NCBI GenBank assembly: GCA_027604505.1
Contig: JADIIX010000016.1
Location: 62,001-126,000 of the forward strand
DNA from: Gonapodya sp. JEL0774
Taxonomy: Eukaryota
Length of the DNA stretch: 64,000 bases
Reading direction: 5' to 3'
The translations under genes were made by a program, and so were the position numbers. The number at the start of each line of letters is the position of its first letter. Position 1 is the stretch's first letter. Below the pieces are notes generated by a model. It was not told the origin of the DNA and ran no database searches. It saw nothing but the letters and a program-made list of their open reading frames with translations. Of the stretch, positions 37,159 through 49,100 are shown piece after piece.

Positions 37159-37982
37159 TTTTGAAAGAGAGGAAAGAGATGGAATAAGGGAAGGAAGAGG
37201 GAACAAAGATGGAGAATCCTTTTTTTTGGGGGGGGGGGGGGGGAAAGACAAGGGGGGAGGAAGGGGAAGCAGGATGGGACACGATAGCAGACAAAAAGGA
37301 CACGGACATGACATACTCTCAAGGGCTGTTTGAACACGACAGAAACCCTATCCCTGAGTTGAAGGAGCCTGGCACTTGCTTGACGTGCGGGGTTGGTCTG
37401 GGGCTGGTGAAGACGAGTGTGAGTGGGTGGGCTGACACCCCAAGTTTTCTCTTGTATGCTGCGGTCACTTTCGGTGCACGGTGCATCAGTGCCACTCCTT
37501 CGTGTGTCATTTGTATGGTCCAGACGACAGCACTCCCCGCATTCCTGCGTTCCCGCCGCGCAGTTGTGGACCCCGACGGGCTGGACGACCAGGACGGACG
37601 GGCTGGACAGGCCATTGCGAACCAATGTATGTACCCTGTTGGAAAGGCGGTTCTGCTGTCGTGCCTTTGCCATCCACAAGAGGCAGCCGTCAATATGCTA
37701 TCTATTATGGCTCAGTTTGCAATGATCAATACTGTAAGCTATTCTATCACAAGCTGTGATGGGTCATGAGTGATAGCTCCATTGTGACCGAGCTGCCACT
37801 GACCAATGATCACAGGCGAGTGATAGCGTCCCACGGAAAATCGGTATCCAAGCGCGAGCGTCAGCGACGGGCAGAGTCCGCCCGAGGCGATCGAACTTTG
37901 CGGTCCACTGGCCCATATGAACCAGTTTACCCTTTTGGTGTTTGGGGTTCATAGACCCATATGAGCCGGATGTCGTGTCGGA
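36731..37982. repeat. Imperfect inverted repeat pair (arms 36731-36809 and 37911-37982)
   Basis: The reverse complement of the left arm aligns to the right arm with about 8 mismatches over 72 nt plus a 7-nt indel. Both end in gccggatgtcgtgtcgga. Confidence 0.85.
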
Positions 37983-38275
37983 TCGAGGGATTTTTTTTTA
38001 ATCTTGTTCAAAAGGGTGAGTCGGTGTTCCGTGACGGGGGGTCCGTGGGGTCGTGGTTCGTGACCGTTGGACCGGGCGAGGGTCGTGTCAAGAGATTTTG
38101 CTTTGTTCTTGTTCAAAAAGGTACCGGGGCTTCGGGAGACCGGCGTCGTAATCGTGGTTCGTGATCGGTGGACCCGGCGAGGGTCGAGGGATGTTCTCTT
38201 GTTCTTGTTCAGGGTGGCGGGTTGTTCGGAGACCGGGGGTTCCGTGGTCCCTACAGCCGGACCGGGCAAGCTCTT
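37983..38275. repeat. Degenerate tandem repeat, ~3 copies of ~95-105 bp
   Basis: Recurring blocks tcttgttca (~38002, 38107, 38203), tcgtggttcgtga (38051, 38152) and ggacc(g/c)ggc(g/a)ag (~38069, 38170, 38259). Confidence 0.7.
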
Positions 38276-40169
38276 CAGACCCGGTCCCACGTCACTTCGC
38301 GCCCCTCAGAGACCCTCGCCACCAACTTGTGCTCACTCGCTCCCTTTCTACCTTGCTCTCCAACGAACTCCCTGACCCAGTTTTCAGTTTTCACTCCGCA
38401 CCCCTCACCGGGCTACCAACAACGGACCCAGGCACGGACGCACAAGGGCACCGGAGCACCGATCCCACATCCCACATCCCCACATCCCCACACTGCACTC
38501 TACGCTGTGCCCTCTGCCCCTCTGCCCTCTTCCCGCTCTCTGCCCTCTGCCCCCGCACCACGCCTCCGCGCGCTCCCCCGCTCCGCTACCACCACAGGGC
38601 CCGATACCCTCGCACCGATCCGCCATCCGCCCGCCTCTCGATACTCGATTCCGGCCCGACCGGTTCGTGGAAAAATGTGGAATGTGGGATGTGGAATGTG
38701 GAAATGGGGATGTGAACGCTCACGGCTCACGAGATCGACCACGGAGCGAGCAGAGTGTGCCCGCCAGACCGGGCACCGAGTACCGAGTCCCGACGACCAA
38801 TGGAGCGGCCACAGACGGGGTGGGGTAGAAAGCCCCTCCAGAGGGGAAGCAGGGAAGCATGGAAGCATGGGAGCGGGCGGGGACAGAGTTAAACAGGAGG
38901 GTGGGTGGGATGGTGGGAAGGAAAGGCACCCGTCGTGGTGCGTGACTCGTGACTCGCGCGTGCCGTCTGCCAGTCTGCTAGTCTACGATCGTGGACTGGG
39001 GTGGGGGTGGCTGGCCCAGTGGCTAGTTGGGTGACGGACGGTGTCCTATATGGTTTCGCACGATGGAAACCCTCCTCATCCACAACTCGAGGTCCTCCAA
39101 TCAATAATCATCCCCCACCTCCACACCTCTTCAGTCTTGTCGCTACGCTGCCGTTTGCCGTCTGCCGTACGCCGTTGACGCGTCGACGCACCATTGGGCT
39201 CACGGACCGTGGACTGTGGACCACCAAAGGCCGCCCACGGGCGAGTGGCGACGGGCGATGCGTGACGGCCGATCGCCTGGCGTAGATGCTGGATCCTGCC
39301 GCGGACGGACGAGGGGAGAACCATGTGTACGTACGCCTGTACCAATGAAGGACATCTGGGACGGGGACGGATCAAGTTTGGCCTCAAAGCCGGTAGCCCG
39401 GTACTCCGGAAACTCCCACATCTGGCGTCTGCCGCACGTGTCGTGTCGTGGACCGAGGTTGCCCACCCCCACCCGTCCGAATGCCCAACGCACTGGTGCC
39501 CAGGCCAGGCCGCCGCTGTCGCCGGGATCGTACCCTGGGCGTGCTCTACGTCGTCTACACCGCAGTCCCTTGCAGCTGGATGCCCCGCCTCTCCGGTCTC
39601 CGCTGAGGTTTTGCTTGCCGGCGGGGCGGGCAGAAGTGGGTATGGACTATGGAATCCCCGGTGTGGGAGCTTTTAAGCCAGGGGTCGCAGTGCCGCGATG
39701 TGCGTTGGTTAGTGGTGGTTGCTCGTGCGGTTGCCCGTCCCGTGTCGTGCGTGGGTAAGTTCGAGCTGGCCACGGTTGACGGGTGATTCCTCCCGAGCCC
39801 CGAGCCTACAAACTAACGCATTGCGTGGGGTGCGTGGTGCGTCCCGTGAGACTCTTTGGATGGTCAAAGGGTTACGCGTGTTAGAGTTTGGATCGTTTTG
39901 GAAATCACAAGGGTCGTGTTCAGTGTCGAAGTTTGTCGGAACAAGGTTCGTTGGTGGATCACTCTGTGGCACGGTGTTTGGTGTTTGCTCTTCAGTTTGG
40001 ATTTGCGTACTTTTTCGACCCAACCTTGGACGATCCGTGCCCAGGTACCGGGACCCGGGGTCAGCTTTAGAGTCGACAAACACGGATTTGCGAGGGCCCG
40101 TGTGGTGAAGTCCTACGTGGTACCTTGTGCAGGAACATCCAGGCTTGCAAGTGTCCGGGTCCGTATGTC

Positions 40170-43100
40170 TGATCAATCATCGGGGACCAATAGTGAACAA
40201 TGCCTCTGTGGGCACTTTTAGGATCATCACGGACGGCAGAATGCAGAAAACTGGAGGGTCTGAGGTCTCATGCTCGTAGCCTAAGCCTCCTTGCCACTGT
40301 GGAATACAAGGCCCAAGTGTCGCAACATGCTTTGGAACACTGATTGGGGACGTTTTGATCTTGTTCAGGATATCAAATCTGACGTCAATGTACTGCCAGG
40401 CGCCATAGTTACATTCACTTGGACCAGAACACGCTCAGCCCTCCAGTGGTGGTTCATCCCGGCCAGCCAGGCACCTGGCTCTGATTCCTGCATGGACTCT
40501 CGCTATTCTCTTTGGAATTCTGAACGTGTTTCGCTCCTTTTCTTCTTTCTCTCTTTCTACAATTTTGCAATTAAGCAGGTAATTCAGTGGCTTACGTTCA
40601 TGCTAATAATGCTACAGGGGTGTTCTCACAAAGGTTATAGATGATTGCCAACCCTCTAGGCTCTACCAGTTCTGCTGCATCAATTTATTTAAAAACACTT
40701 CAATCATGACCTCAGGTACATCACCTTGGGCATGGTGGGTTTAGAGTTACAGCACATGCACTGGTTATGAAGAGAGCAAAAGCAGGTACACAAGTTCTGC
40801 TGTCATGCCACTAGAGCATCATTGCGCCTCAGTTGTGGGTGGAGGTGTTTGGAACCATCTCTGCAGCTGGCAAATGCTATCTACAGTTCAGTTTACAATG
40901 ATGGATATTCTGACTGATTCCAACATCTGTGATGGTCATCAGTGATTGCTCTATTGTTAATATTGTCCTCCAGTCTAATGTTGGGAATTGTGAGGTATCT
41001 CCCTCAAAAACCAGTAGTATCCTCCCCAATTGATCTACTCTGAACTTCTGTGTTTAATTCCAAAAGAATAGATTGTTTCTCCGATTCCAAAAATTTCAAG
41101 GTTCAAGGATAACCTCACGAGTTTGGCCCAGGTATCCACTTGCAACACCACACCCACAAACACAATCAGGATCCAGGAGGAAGAGAGCAAATTAACAACT
41201 ACTTGCTCTCTTTTGTTCAGACACTCTCTTGTGCTGAGAGTTCTGAGAGGTGCTATAACCTCTCCTTGCATGTTCAGTGGATGGAGTTTGTTCAGCTGTC
41301 ACCCCACAACTGTGTTTCCCAGGCATGTTGAGCAGACTAAGTCCACAAAGAGATCCTTTCTCTGGGTACCGCTTCAGTTTTTCCCTGAGCATCAGATTCT
41401 GTGCTTTCAGTGAACAGATACGCCTCCGGGCATGATAAAGGGAGGATTTGTTGGCCTTTTGCAGTTTTTCGACCAACTGTTTCACATGTGCCAGCTCAGT
41501 TAAGAGTCTGGCATTGTCCTGGTAAGCATCAGATACTGTGTGCAACAGTAACTCCACTTTGGAACCTGACAACACACTAGTAACATCATCTCCACAAGAA
41601 CACTTCTCCTTTGTTGGTTGAAAAGTTGGGAAGAGCACTGGATTTAGGGTTGCTGGTATCTCAGAGTGGTGGGAGAAATTGTCAGGGAGAGAGTTGCCAT
41701 CCATCATTGGTTGGGATATCAGAGAAAGAAGATGGACATTGTCAAGTCGACTCTGGTACAGTTCTGTACCAGATGGTATCGAGGGCAATGGGGGTACGGC
41801 TTCTACCACAATATGTTGGAGATCTGATTGAGCAGTCTGCAGCCTGTGTTCTCAAGTATTGAACCAATCGAACCTCTTGTTATCTGCAACTCACCTACTG
41901 AGGCTGAACGCAAGCTAGTCTTGTGACCTTCCATTGTTGGTTTTGGTCTTGTCAGCAAATGGATGGATAGGATAGAGAAGGGAAGACCAGATCTCATGCA
42001 GTGGACTGTGGCACAGCTTGGGCTGGTGCATACATAATTATGCGGTGATTATGCTGTGATGTCTGATACCTGGCTGGACCATTAAATATCTTGGATATAT
42101 GATGTATTTCTAGCTTGCACAGTATAGACTTATGGTGACCTGTATATATCTCCAGACTGTGGTCACCCTAGGTGCCCAGTACACCACCCTCTGCATTCCT
42201 CTCTCAAGTTATAATCTTGCCACTGAAAACAAGTAGTCACATATCAAATGTACAATCAATCACTAAAACATACAGGGGTGCATATTATCGCGATATGAGG
42301 AACTGAACTCGAACTGAACTTGACACAAAAAAAGGTTGCCCAATAGAACTTTCAATCACACAATTTGTGATCGAATCAAACCTCATACTCTGACATCGTT
42401 GACAAATCTTAACTCTGAATTAAAAGTGGATCGTTTTCTAACTTTTCGATTTTTTGAGCTAAATGCAAGAAATACAACAGTGGAAGTGTAGACCTTCAAT
42501 CCTCATCATTCTTGAAGTCTTCTTCTGACTCCACATCCTCCCATTCATTCCCTGACAGAGCTTCTTTCCTCTTCTAGGCCTTCAACTCGCCAATTGCAGT
42601 GACTGACAGAGGGTTGATTGTCAATTCGAACTTGCCAGCACTGAATCCCTCCACACTGAGCTCTTTGAGCTTATCTTCAAAAATATTCTGAGCTGAAGTC
42701 AGTTGACCTTGTTCTTGATCCCCAAAAAGCTCTAAAACAGATGATAGGTTCTGATGTTGGGGTGTCCATGTGATGGGGACCATTTGTAGTAGTGTCAGAG
42801 TCCGTCTTGTTAACAAGTCTATGTCACAGAAAAGCAGGCACTGATGTTTCAATTGCCAAAACAGACACTCACCAACCATGAACACACTTGAAGTGTGTAA
42901 ACTTCTCTCTAACAGCAACAACCTTTCCTGGCAGAACGTGGAGCACAGAATGAGCTCCAGACTTGCTGTCATTGCTGCAGCCGAGGAACGATAGTAGCTT
43001 GAGTGGACAATTCCCACAGCAACACCACTCCAGCCTGAAAGGAATCATCCATGTCAGCTGATGCCTCTGAGTCCAATTCATCCGTTTTAATGTTTGTAAA

Positions 43101-44050
43101 GTCTTTGTGATTGTAATCACTTCAATGAGAAGTTTTAAAAGCTGCAAGTTGTGTATGATGGATTCAGCTGGCAGGAAAACAAACATGTAGTTGTGAGACA
43201 ACGGCTAAAGGCAGGAGTTTAGCCAGAGTCACTTGACCACACGAGCATGTCAATAGTCATCCCTGTTCACCCCCATGCGTTGCCACTGGTCGCGGCACCC
43301 GTTCCTTGGATAGATGCGATATCTATTAGTATATAGATGCATATAGAGTAGTTTTTAGATTTTTCTAGTGATCTTAGTTGTGCCAGCAGCTCTGCTGCAG
43401 CCGCTCAGTGAACACATTGTACATGAGTGCAGACACATACATGGAGTTTTGGGACGGAAACCCAACAGTTCCGCCACAAACCACAACAATGTTCTTGAAC
43501 TTGGCCCCAAAGTTCAAGTTCCATTCTAGTTCAGCTACAAAAAGATTGTATCTACTATTCTACACTGGATATCAGGCTTGGCTCATCAAACTCCAAGCAA
43601 ACTCAAACCTTTTGAATGTTTGCCATAGTGCAAGTGCAACTCAAACACATATCACACACTGAATCCAAACCCACCACACTCTCACTCTGCATCAACGTTA
43701 ATGACTCCCTGAGCCACTTTCTACCCCTTCCTCTTTTGGAGGGAACAGCAAACCCCTTTCCTTAATCTTGGAACCATTAAGTTTCATACTGCAGTTTTGT
43801 GTTTAGGAGGCCAAGTATATAGTGGCAGAGGGTCAATACTGCCAACACACCCCAAACGCACAGCTTGCCAAGCCTCCAAACTTTTGCACATTGCCTTCTT
43901 TCTCTGCTCTGGAATCTTCTCTGTCCCTGAGCCCCCAACTCGAGTTCTCCCACACCAGACATTTGTCCTTCCTTTTTTTTCTTTCTTTCTTTCCCTTGTT
44001 TTTCGAAATCAAATCCCTGGCTTGGTGAGCTTGTTCTTTTTTGCCCTAAC
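40170..44050. other. CpG-depleted degenerate island (probable decayed repeat or pseudogene relics)
   Basis: Only one CG in 40621-41040, with TG/CA excess, against abundant CG in the flanks. Only short broken ORFs. No transposase or RT motif recognised. Confidence 0.6.
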
Positions 44051-46111
44051 TCCAGTTGTGCAATGAGTTCATTCAGGTCTCATTCTGAACCGTGGTGTTG
44101 TCTGTGCGTTGTCGTTTCCCTCCCTTCGTTTTCAAAATATTCCCTTGCTCCTTGCTCCACAGCCCGTGTTTGTGTCTGTGTTTGTTTTGGACAGGACCTG
44201 CAGTGGTGTGAAACGAAAAAGAGTTTTTGGGGGATCCAAATTCACTCATCCTTCCCCCATACCCCATACCCATTGCCCAAAACTCCCCCACCCACCGACC
44301 CACCAAACCCTCCTCCCTCAACTTTCTCACCTAGATCCCCTACGGAATCCTCCACCGCACGCACGTTCATATCTTCTCCTTCCCATGTTCCCCTGTTCTG
44401 TCCTGTACTCCCGTGTTTCAAAAAATTGTCCAACACCACAGAGCCTGTGTGTGTGCGTGTACTGGGGGATGGCGGGATCATGGCGTGTAGCGCGGGTGAT
44501 CGTGGGTACTCAGCGGTGGTGGGCAGTGATGCAGCACTGTGAGGAGAGAAAAGCTGTACCAAATCTGCACCGCAAAACAGAGGTATGGAGCAAAGTGGGA
44601 CGAGTATGTGGTTGACGGCGATGTCGGGAAGGCGAGGTGGGTGTGCTCTGGGGTGCGTCAGGGGGTAGGGTGGGAGATCTGGTACAGGTACTCCATTGAT
44701 CATTACAAAAAGTCGGATGAGTGTATGTTAACCTGATCATACCGCGTCCGGCGGTTCTTGGATAGAGGCGCCCAGTTGAAAAGATCGCGATTGAAAGATC
44801 AAAGAACAACTGCGCAGAACTCTTATTACTCTAACACCGATTTCCACAAATGTTCAGCTTTGGGGCAAAAAATCACAAGAACCCGTTCAATATTGGACTA
44901 CAGTACACAATGTACCCCCGTATATGCAGTAGGGCAGGGGGTTGGTGTTGACCATCTCAGGCACTCCCGTCCCGTGCATTACAGCAGGGGTGGGGGGAAC
45001 TGGTCCCACCTCCTTACTGGACTTGTTGCTTCAGCACCGGCAAGGAAGTTTACTGCACCGAACTGCGGTTCCATGTAAAGAGGGGAAACCGTGGCCCTCC
45101 TGGTCCCCACCTCTTCTCACCTCCTACTGTCCTCTCTCCAACCAAGCTTCGTACGCCTTGCATTCCATTTCAAATGACCCCGCCAGTCCAATGCTTATCC
45201 TCTCGCATCCGTCTTGCTTCCTCTATCGCCCCTATCATGATCGTTCACCCTGATGCATACATCACACATCACGACAGCACTGTTTGATTCAAAGACGTGC
45301 GAATTCATTCATATGACGTGAACGCAAATTGAATCAAATCAAGCTTCAGGTTGAGATGGGGAATGGACTACGAAGCAATGCGATTGCCTTCTGGCCCGAT
45401 CCAGCCATAGCGCATCACCAGACGGGGAGAGGAATATGGCAGATCACACTCAAAGTACTACACAAGTAGATCCCTATCATGTACCCCAAACATACTTTGG
45501 TTCCAATTCCACTACAGAACTCAAGGCTCAAGAGCACCAACCAATGACGACTGACTCCACAGACAAACCAAGATCCAATCCAAATCAAGTGCAAAAACGT
45601 CGTCTAAGGGAAAGACAAAAGGGAAAATGTGGAGAGGGAGGTCATCACTGGTCAGAATTCAGATGGTGGAGTGTTGAAGATGGGCTGAGAACCAGCCAGA
45701 AGATAACTGGAACTCACATGATGGTCTGCAACTTGTTGTAGTGGACAGTAATCTTTTGTGGACTTTGGTTCTCCAACTGGGTAAATTGCGGGGAATAGAG
45801 AGTGACGCAAAGGTGCAGGGTGCATCGGAAGCGCCGGGAACAGACAGACAGCGTCGGAAACAGAGAGAGGAGAAGCGGGAACACGCGGACACAAGACACA
45901 GCGACCACAGGTGTGACTGCGCACGTGGAAACTCCCATCCTGCCGCAGCTGCTGTGCCACGGCTCCTTCTGGTGTTGCCCCCGTCTGCATCCGACGTCTT
46001 CACCTCGTTCCCACCTGCGCACATTCGCAGTCGCATATTCATACCCGATAATCATCTCAACACCAACTCAACTCTATTTCAACTCTAGTTCGATTTCAAT
46101 TCAACGCTCCC

Positions 46112-49100
46112 ATGGCGGATTCAAACAACAACAACGACAACAGCGACGACAGAGGCAACAGCGACAGCAGCGACATCAAGGACAGCAGCTACGCGGCATC
46201 GACCACACCCGCACACGACACGTCCACTGCCCAAGTCCCCGCTCAGTCGGACTCTGCCCCCCCTGACTCCGCTCCCACTCCCACTCTCACTCCTTCTTCC
46301 CAGTCCCCACTCGCTGCGCTCCCAGGTCTCACCCCTCAACAGCGCGCTCAGCTGAGACAGAGGCTGCTTGAACGGCAACGCGCTGCTCGCGAGGGAAAAC
46401 CATTTGTTCCTTCTTCCGCCGCCACCGGAACTGAACCCGCCGCCACTCCTACTCCGGCTCCGGCAGACCCCTCCACCCCTACTTCCCCACCCTCCCAAAC
46501 CACTCCAGCCACCCCTCCAGCCACCCCTCCATCCACCCCTACAACCACACCCCCTCCGCCCACCCTCCGCCCAGCCCTCCTCTCCCAAGCAGTCTCCTTC
46601 CTCTCGTCCCCAAAAACCAAGTCCGCTCCCAAAACCCGCAAAATAGACTTTTTGAAATCAAAGGGTCTCACCCAGCCTGAGATCGACGAGGCGTTCAGGA
46701 GGGTCGGCGAGGTCGGCGAGGTCGGTGGGGGGGGCGGCGTCGGAGTCGGCGTCGGTGCGGCCAACGAGGCGGCAGGGAGTGTCCCTGGTTCAGTGGACGC
46801 AAGTACAGCCAATTCCCCAGCCCCACCCGATCCCACCGGGTTCACCACGCCCTTAGACTCGAACTCGGACGCGGACTCGAAACCGTGGTTCCCACCTCCC
46901 GCACGGACCCAAACCCCGGCCCCTCCTGCCCCAGCCCTCCCTCCATCTCCCTCTTTCTCTCCCTCTCCCTCTCTTGCCCCACCTCCTACCTCCCATTCCC
47001 CCTCTCCCTCTCTCCAACCCCTCCAACCCCTCCAACCATCCCAATCGCCCGTTCCCCTCTCCCCACCCCTGCCTCCCCTACCCCCCCGCCCCCCCGCCAT
47101 GCTCGCCGAACAACGCCGCCTCGCCGCCCGGCAAAACCTCGCCATAGCCCTCGTATGGGCCCTCGGACCTGTCGTAGGCCTCGCATGGGCCAGTTGGGTG
47201 AGTTGCGCGCCCAGGATAGGTGTGGGGGGTTGGGGTTTTGGGGCGGTGAAGTGGGAGGGGTTGGATTTATGGGGTTTACGGGGAAAGTGGGAGGGGCTGT
47301 GGGTTTATGGGTTCTATCGAGAAAGTGGGAGGTAGCGGGGGCTTCTGGGGTTTATGGGAAAAGCGGGAGAGGGTGGAGGTTTACGGGGTTTATGCGGAAA
47401 GTGGAGAGAGTGGGAGTCTATGGGGTTTACGGGAAAAGTTGCGGACCCGTGGACTTGGATGGGGACCGTGATTGCGTTGCGTTGGTCCACCTCGTGCGGC
47501 CCCCGTCGTTGGCCTCCCTAACATGGTTTTCTACGCCATGCCTGTTCCCGTCTCTTCCTCCCCCTGCTCACACCCTTCCCGCTTTCCCATGCATCCCACA
47601 CACCCCCTCACCTACAGTCCCTCTCCCGCCACGCCCTCCATCTCGCCTCTCTCCACACCGCCTCCCTCGTCCGCACTCTCACATCCCACCTCGCGCCGGT
47701 CCTTACCGTGGCCCGCGGTATGCTGCTCACTATGTCCTCCCCCTCCCCATCCCCACCCGCGTCCACCACCACCACCGCCACACCCACCTACCCCAAGCTC
47801 CCCACCTCCCTCGCCCGCCTCACCGCCCGCTTGGCCGCCGGGGCGGATCGGGTCTCGGCGAGTGCAAAGGACAATCGGAAACAGGCCAGACGGTGGGTCA
47901 AGAAGACCGCGTACGGGTACTCTCCGCTCGGCACAGACGAGGAGGACGGGGTCAGTGGCGACACTGCCGCCGCCGCCGCCGCCCCGTCCACCGCAACCAC
48001 CACCACCACCACACCGCCACCGGCCCCTTTCACCCACCTCCGCTCCCTCGCCGACGACCTGCACCAGTACCTCACCCGCGAGACCTACTTCAACGCCTAC
48101 TCCGCCGGCGGGGGTGGCGCAGGGTTGTACGGGGGGTACGGGGGGTACGGGGGATGGGACGAGGAATACGGGAGCGGGGGGGATAAGGACAAGGACAAGG
48201 AGAGGGAAAAGGAAAAGGAACGCAAGTTACCCCACCAAGTCGTGTCCGACATTCGCGCCGAGATTCGGGCCGTGAAGGGGGTTCTGTTGAGTATTAGAAA
48301 CTTTCCCAACTCGGCAGTCGCGGGGGGGGTAGGAAGTGGCGTGGGAGGGGGGGGTGCAAGACTCGCGGGAGGGGTGGGTTGGGGGGGTCAGGCGTATAGG
48401 GGACCCGTGCCGGTGCCTGTGCCGACGCAGGTGCCGGCACAGGTGGGAGGGGGGGGGTATGGGTACGGGTACGCGAACGCGAACGCGTATCAGGGGATGG
48501 GACCGAGTGTGGGGCAGGGAGTGGCGGGTCCGGCAACGGGACAGTCACAGTCGCAGGCGCAACCGTTGGACGGCCAGACGGTGCCGGTACATGTGCAGGG
48601 CCAGCAGAGTCAGAGTCAGGGTCTGAATCTGGACTCCTCCCCGGTGCAGCAGCAGCAAGTGGGTGCCCAGCCTGCCGCCGCCGCCGCTCCCGCATCCCAC
48701 GCCGCGCCGGGGTGGCTGCAGGGCCAGCCGTCGGGAGTGCAGGGGCAGCCCAAGCCCCTGCCCCAAACGCAACCTCCACTGCAGGCGCAGGCTCATGCTC
48801 AGGCGGCACCGGTACCGGTACCGGTACCGCAGCAGCCGTTGTCCGCCGCCGCCTCCTCGTCGGGCGCTCCAGCCCCGGCTCTGCCACCGCAGGCACAACC
48901 GGCTGTGCAGACGGGGTACGGGTACCAGAGAGATCCAACGTGGGGGACGTTGGGGAGCCAGGCGGTGCCGCCGCCGTCGACGGGGATGGGGATGCCGGTG
49001 CCTGCGCAGGGGGCGTCTCAGGGTCAGGCTCAGCTTCAACAGCAACCGCAACCACAACAACAACCACAACCGCAACAGCAACAATACCCGCATCCCCAAC

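Noticed and set aside
39062..39760. Possible gene or pseudogene in GC-rich DNA
   Set aside because: Frames are short or interrupted with no recognisable domain. Long ORFs arise by chance at this GC level.
43441..43560. hAT dimerisation-like peptide (EFWDGN...LAPK...SSSATKRL)
   Set aside because: The resemblance is loose, the ERxFS core is missing, and there is no upstream transposase.
42271..44924. Tc1/mariner-type TIR pair (tacaggggtgca versus reverse-complement tacgggggtaca)
   Set aside because: Only 10 of 12 bases match, the similarity does not extend, and no DDE transposase motif is recognisable between them.
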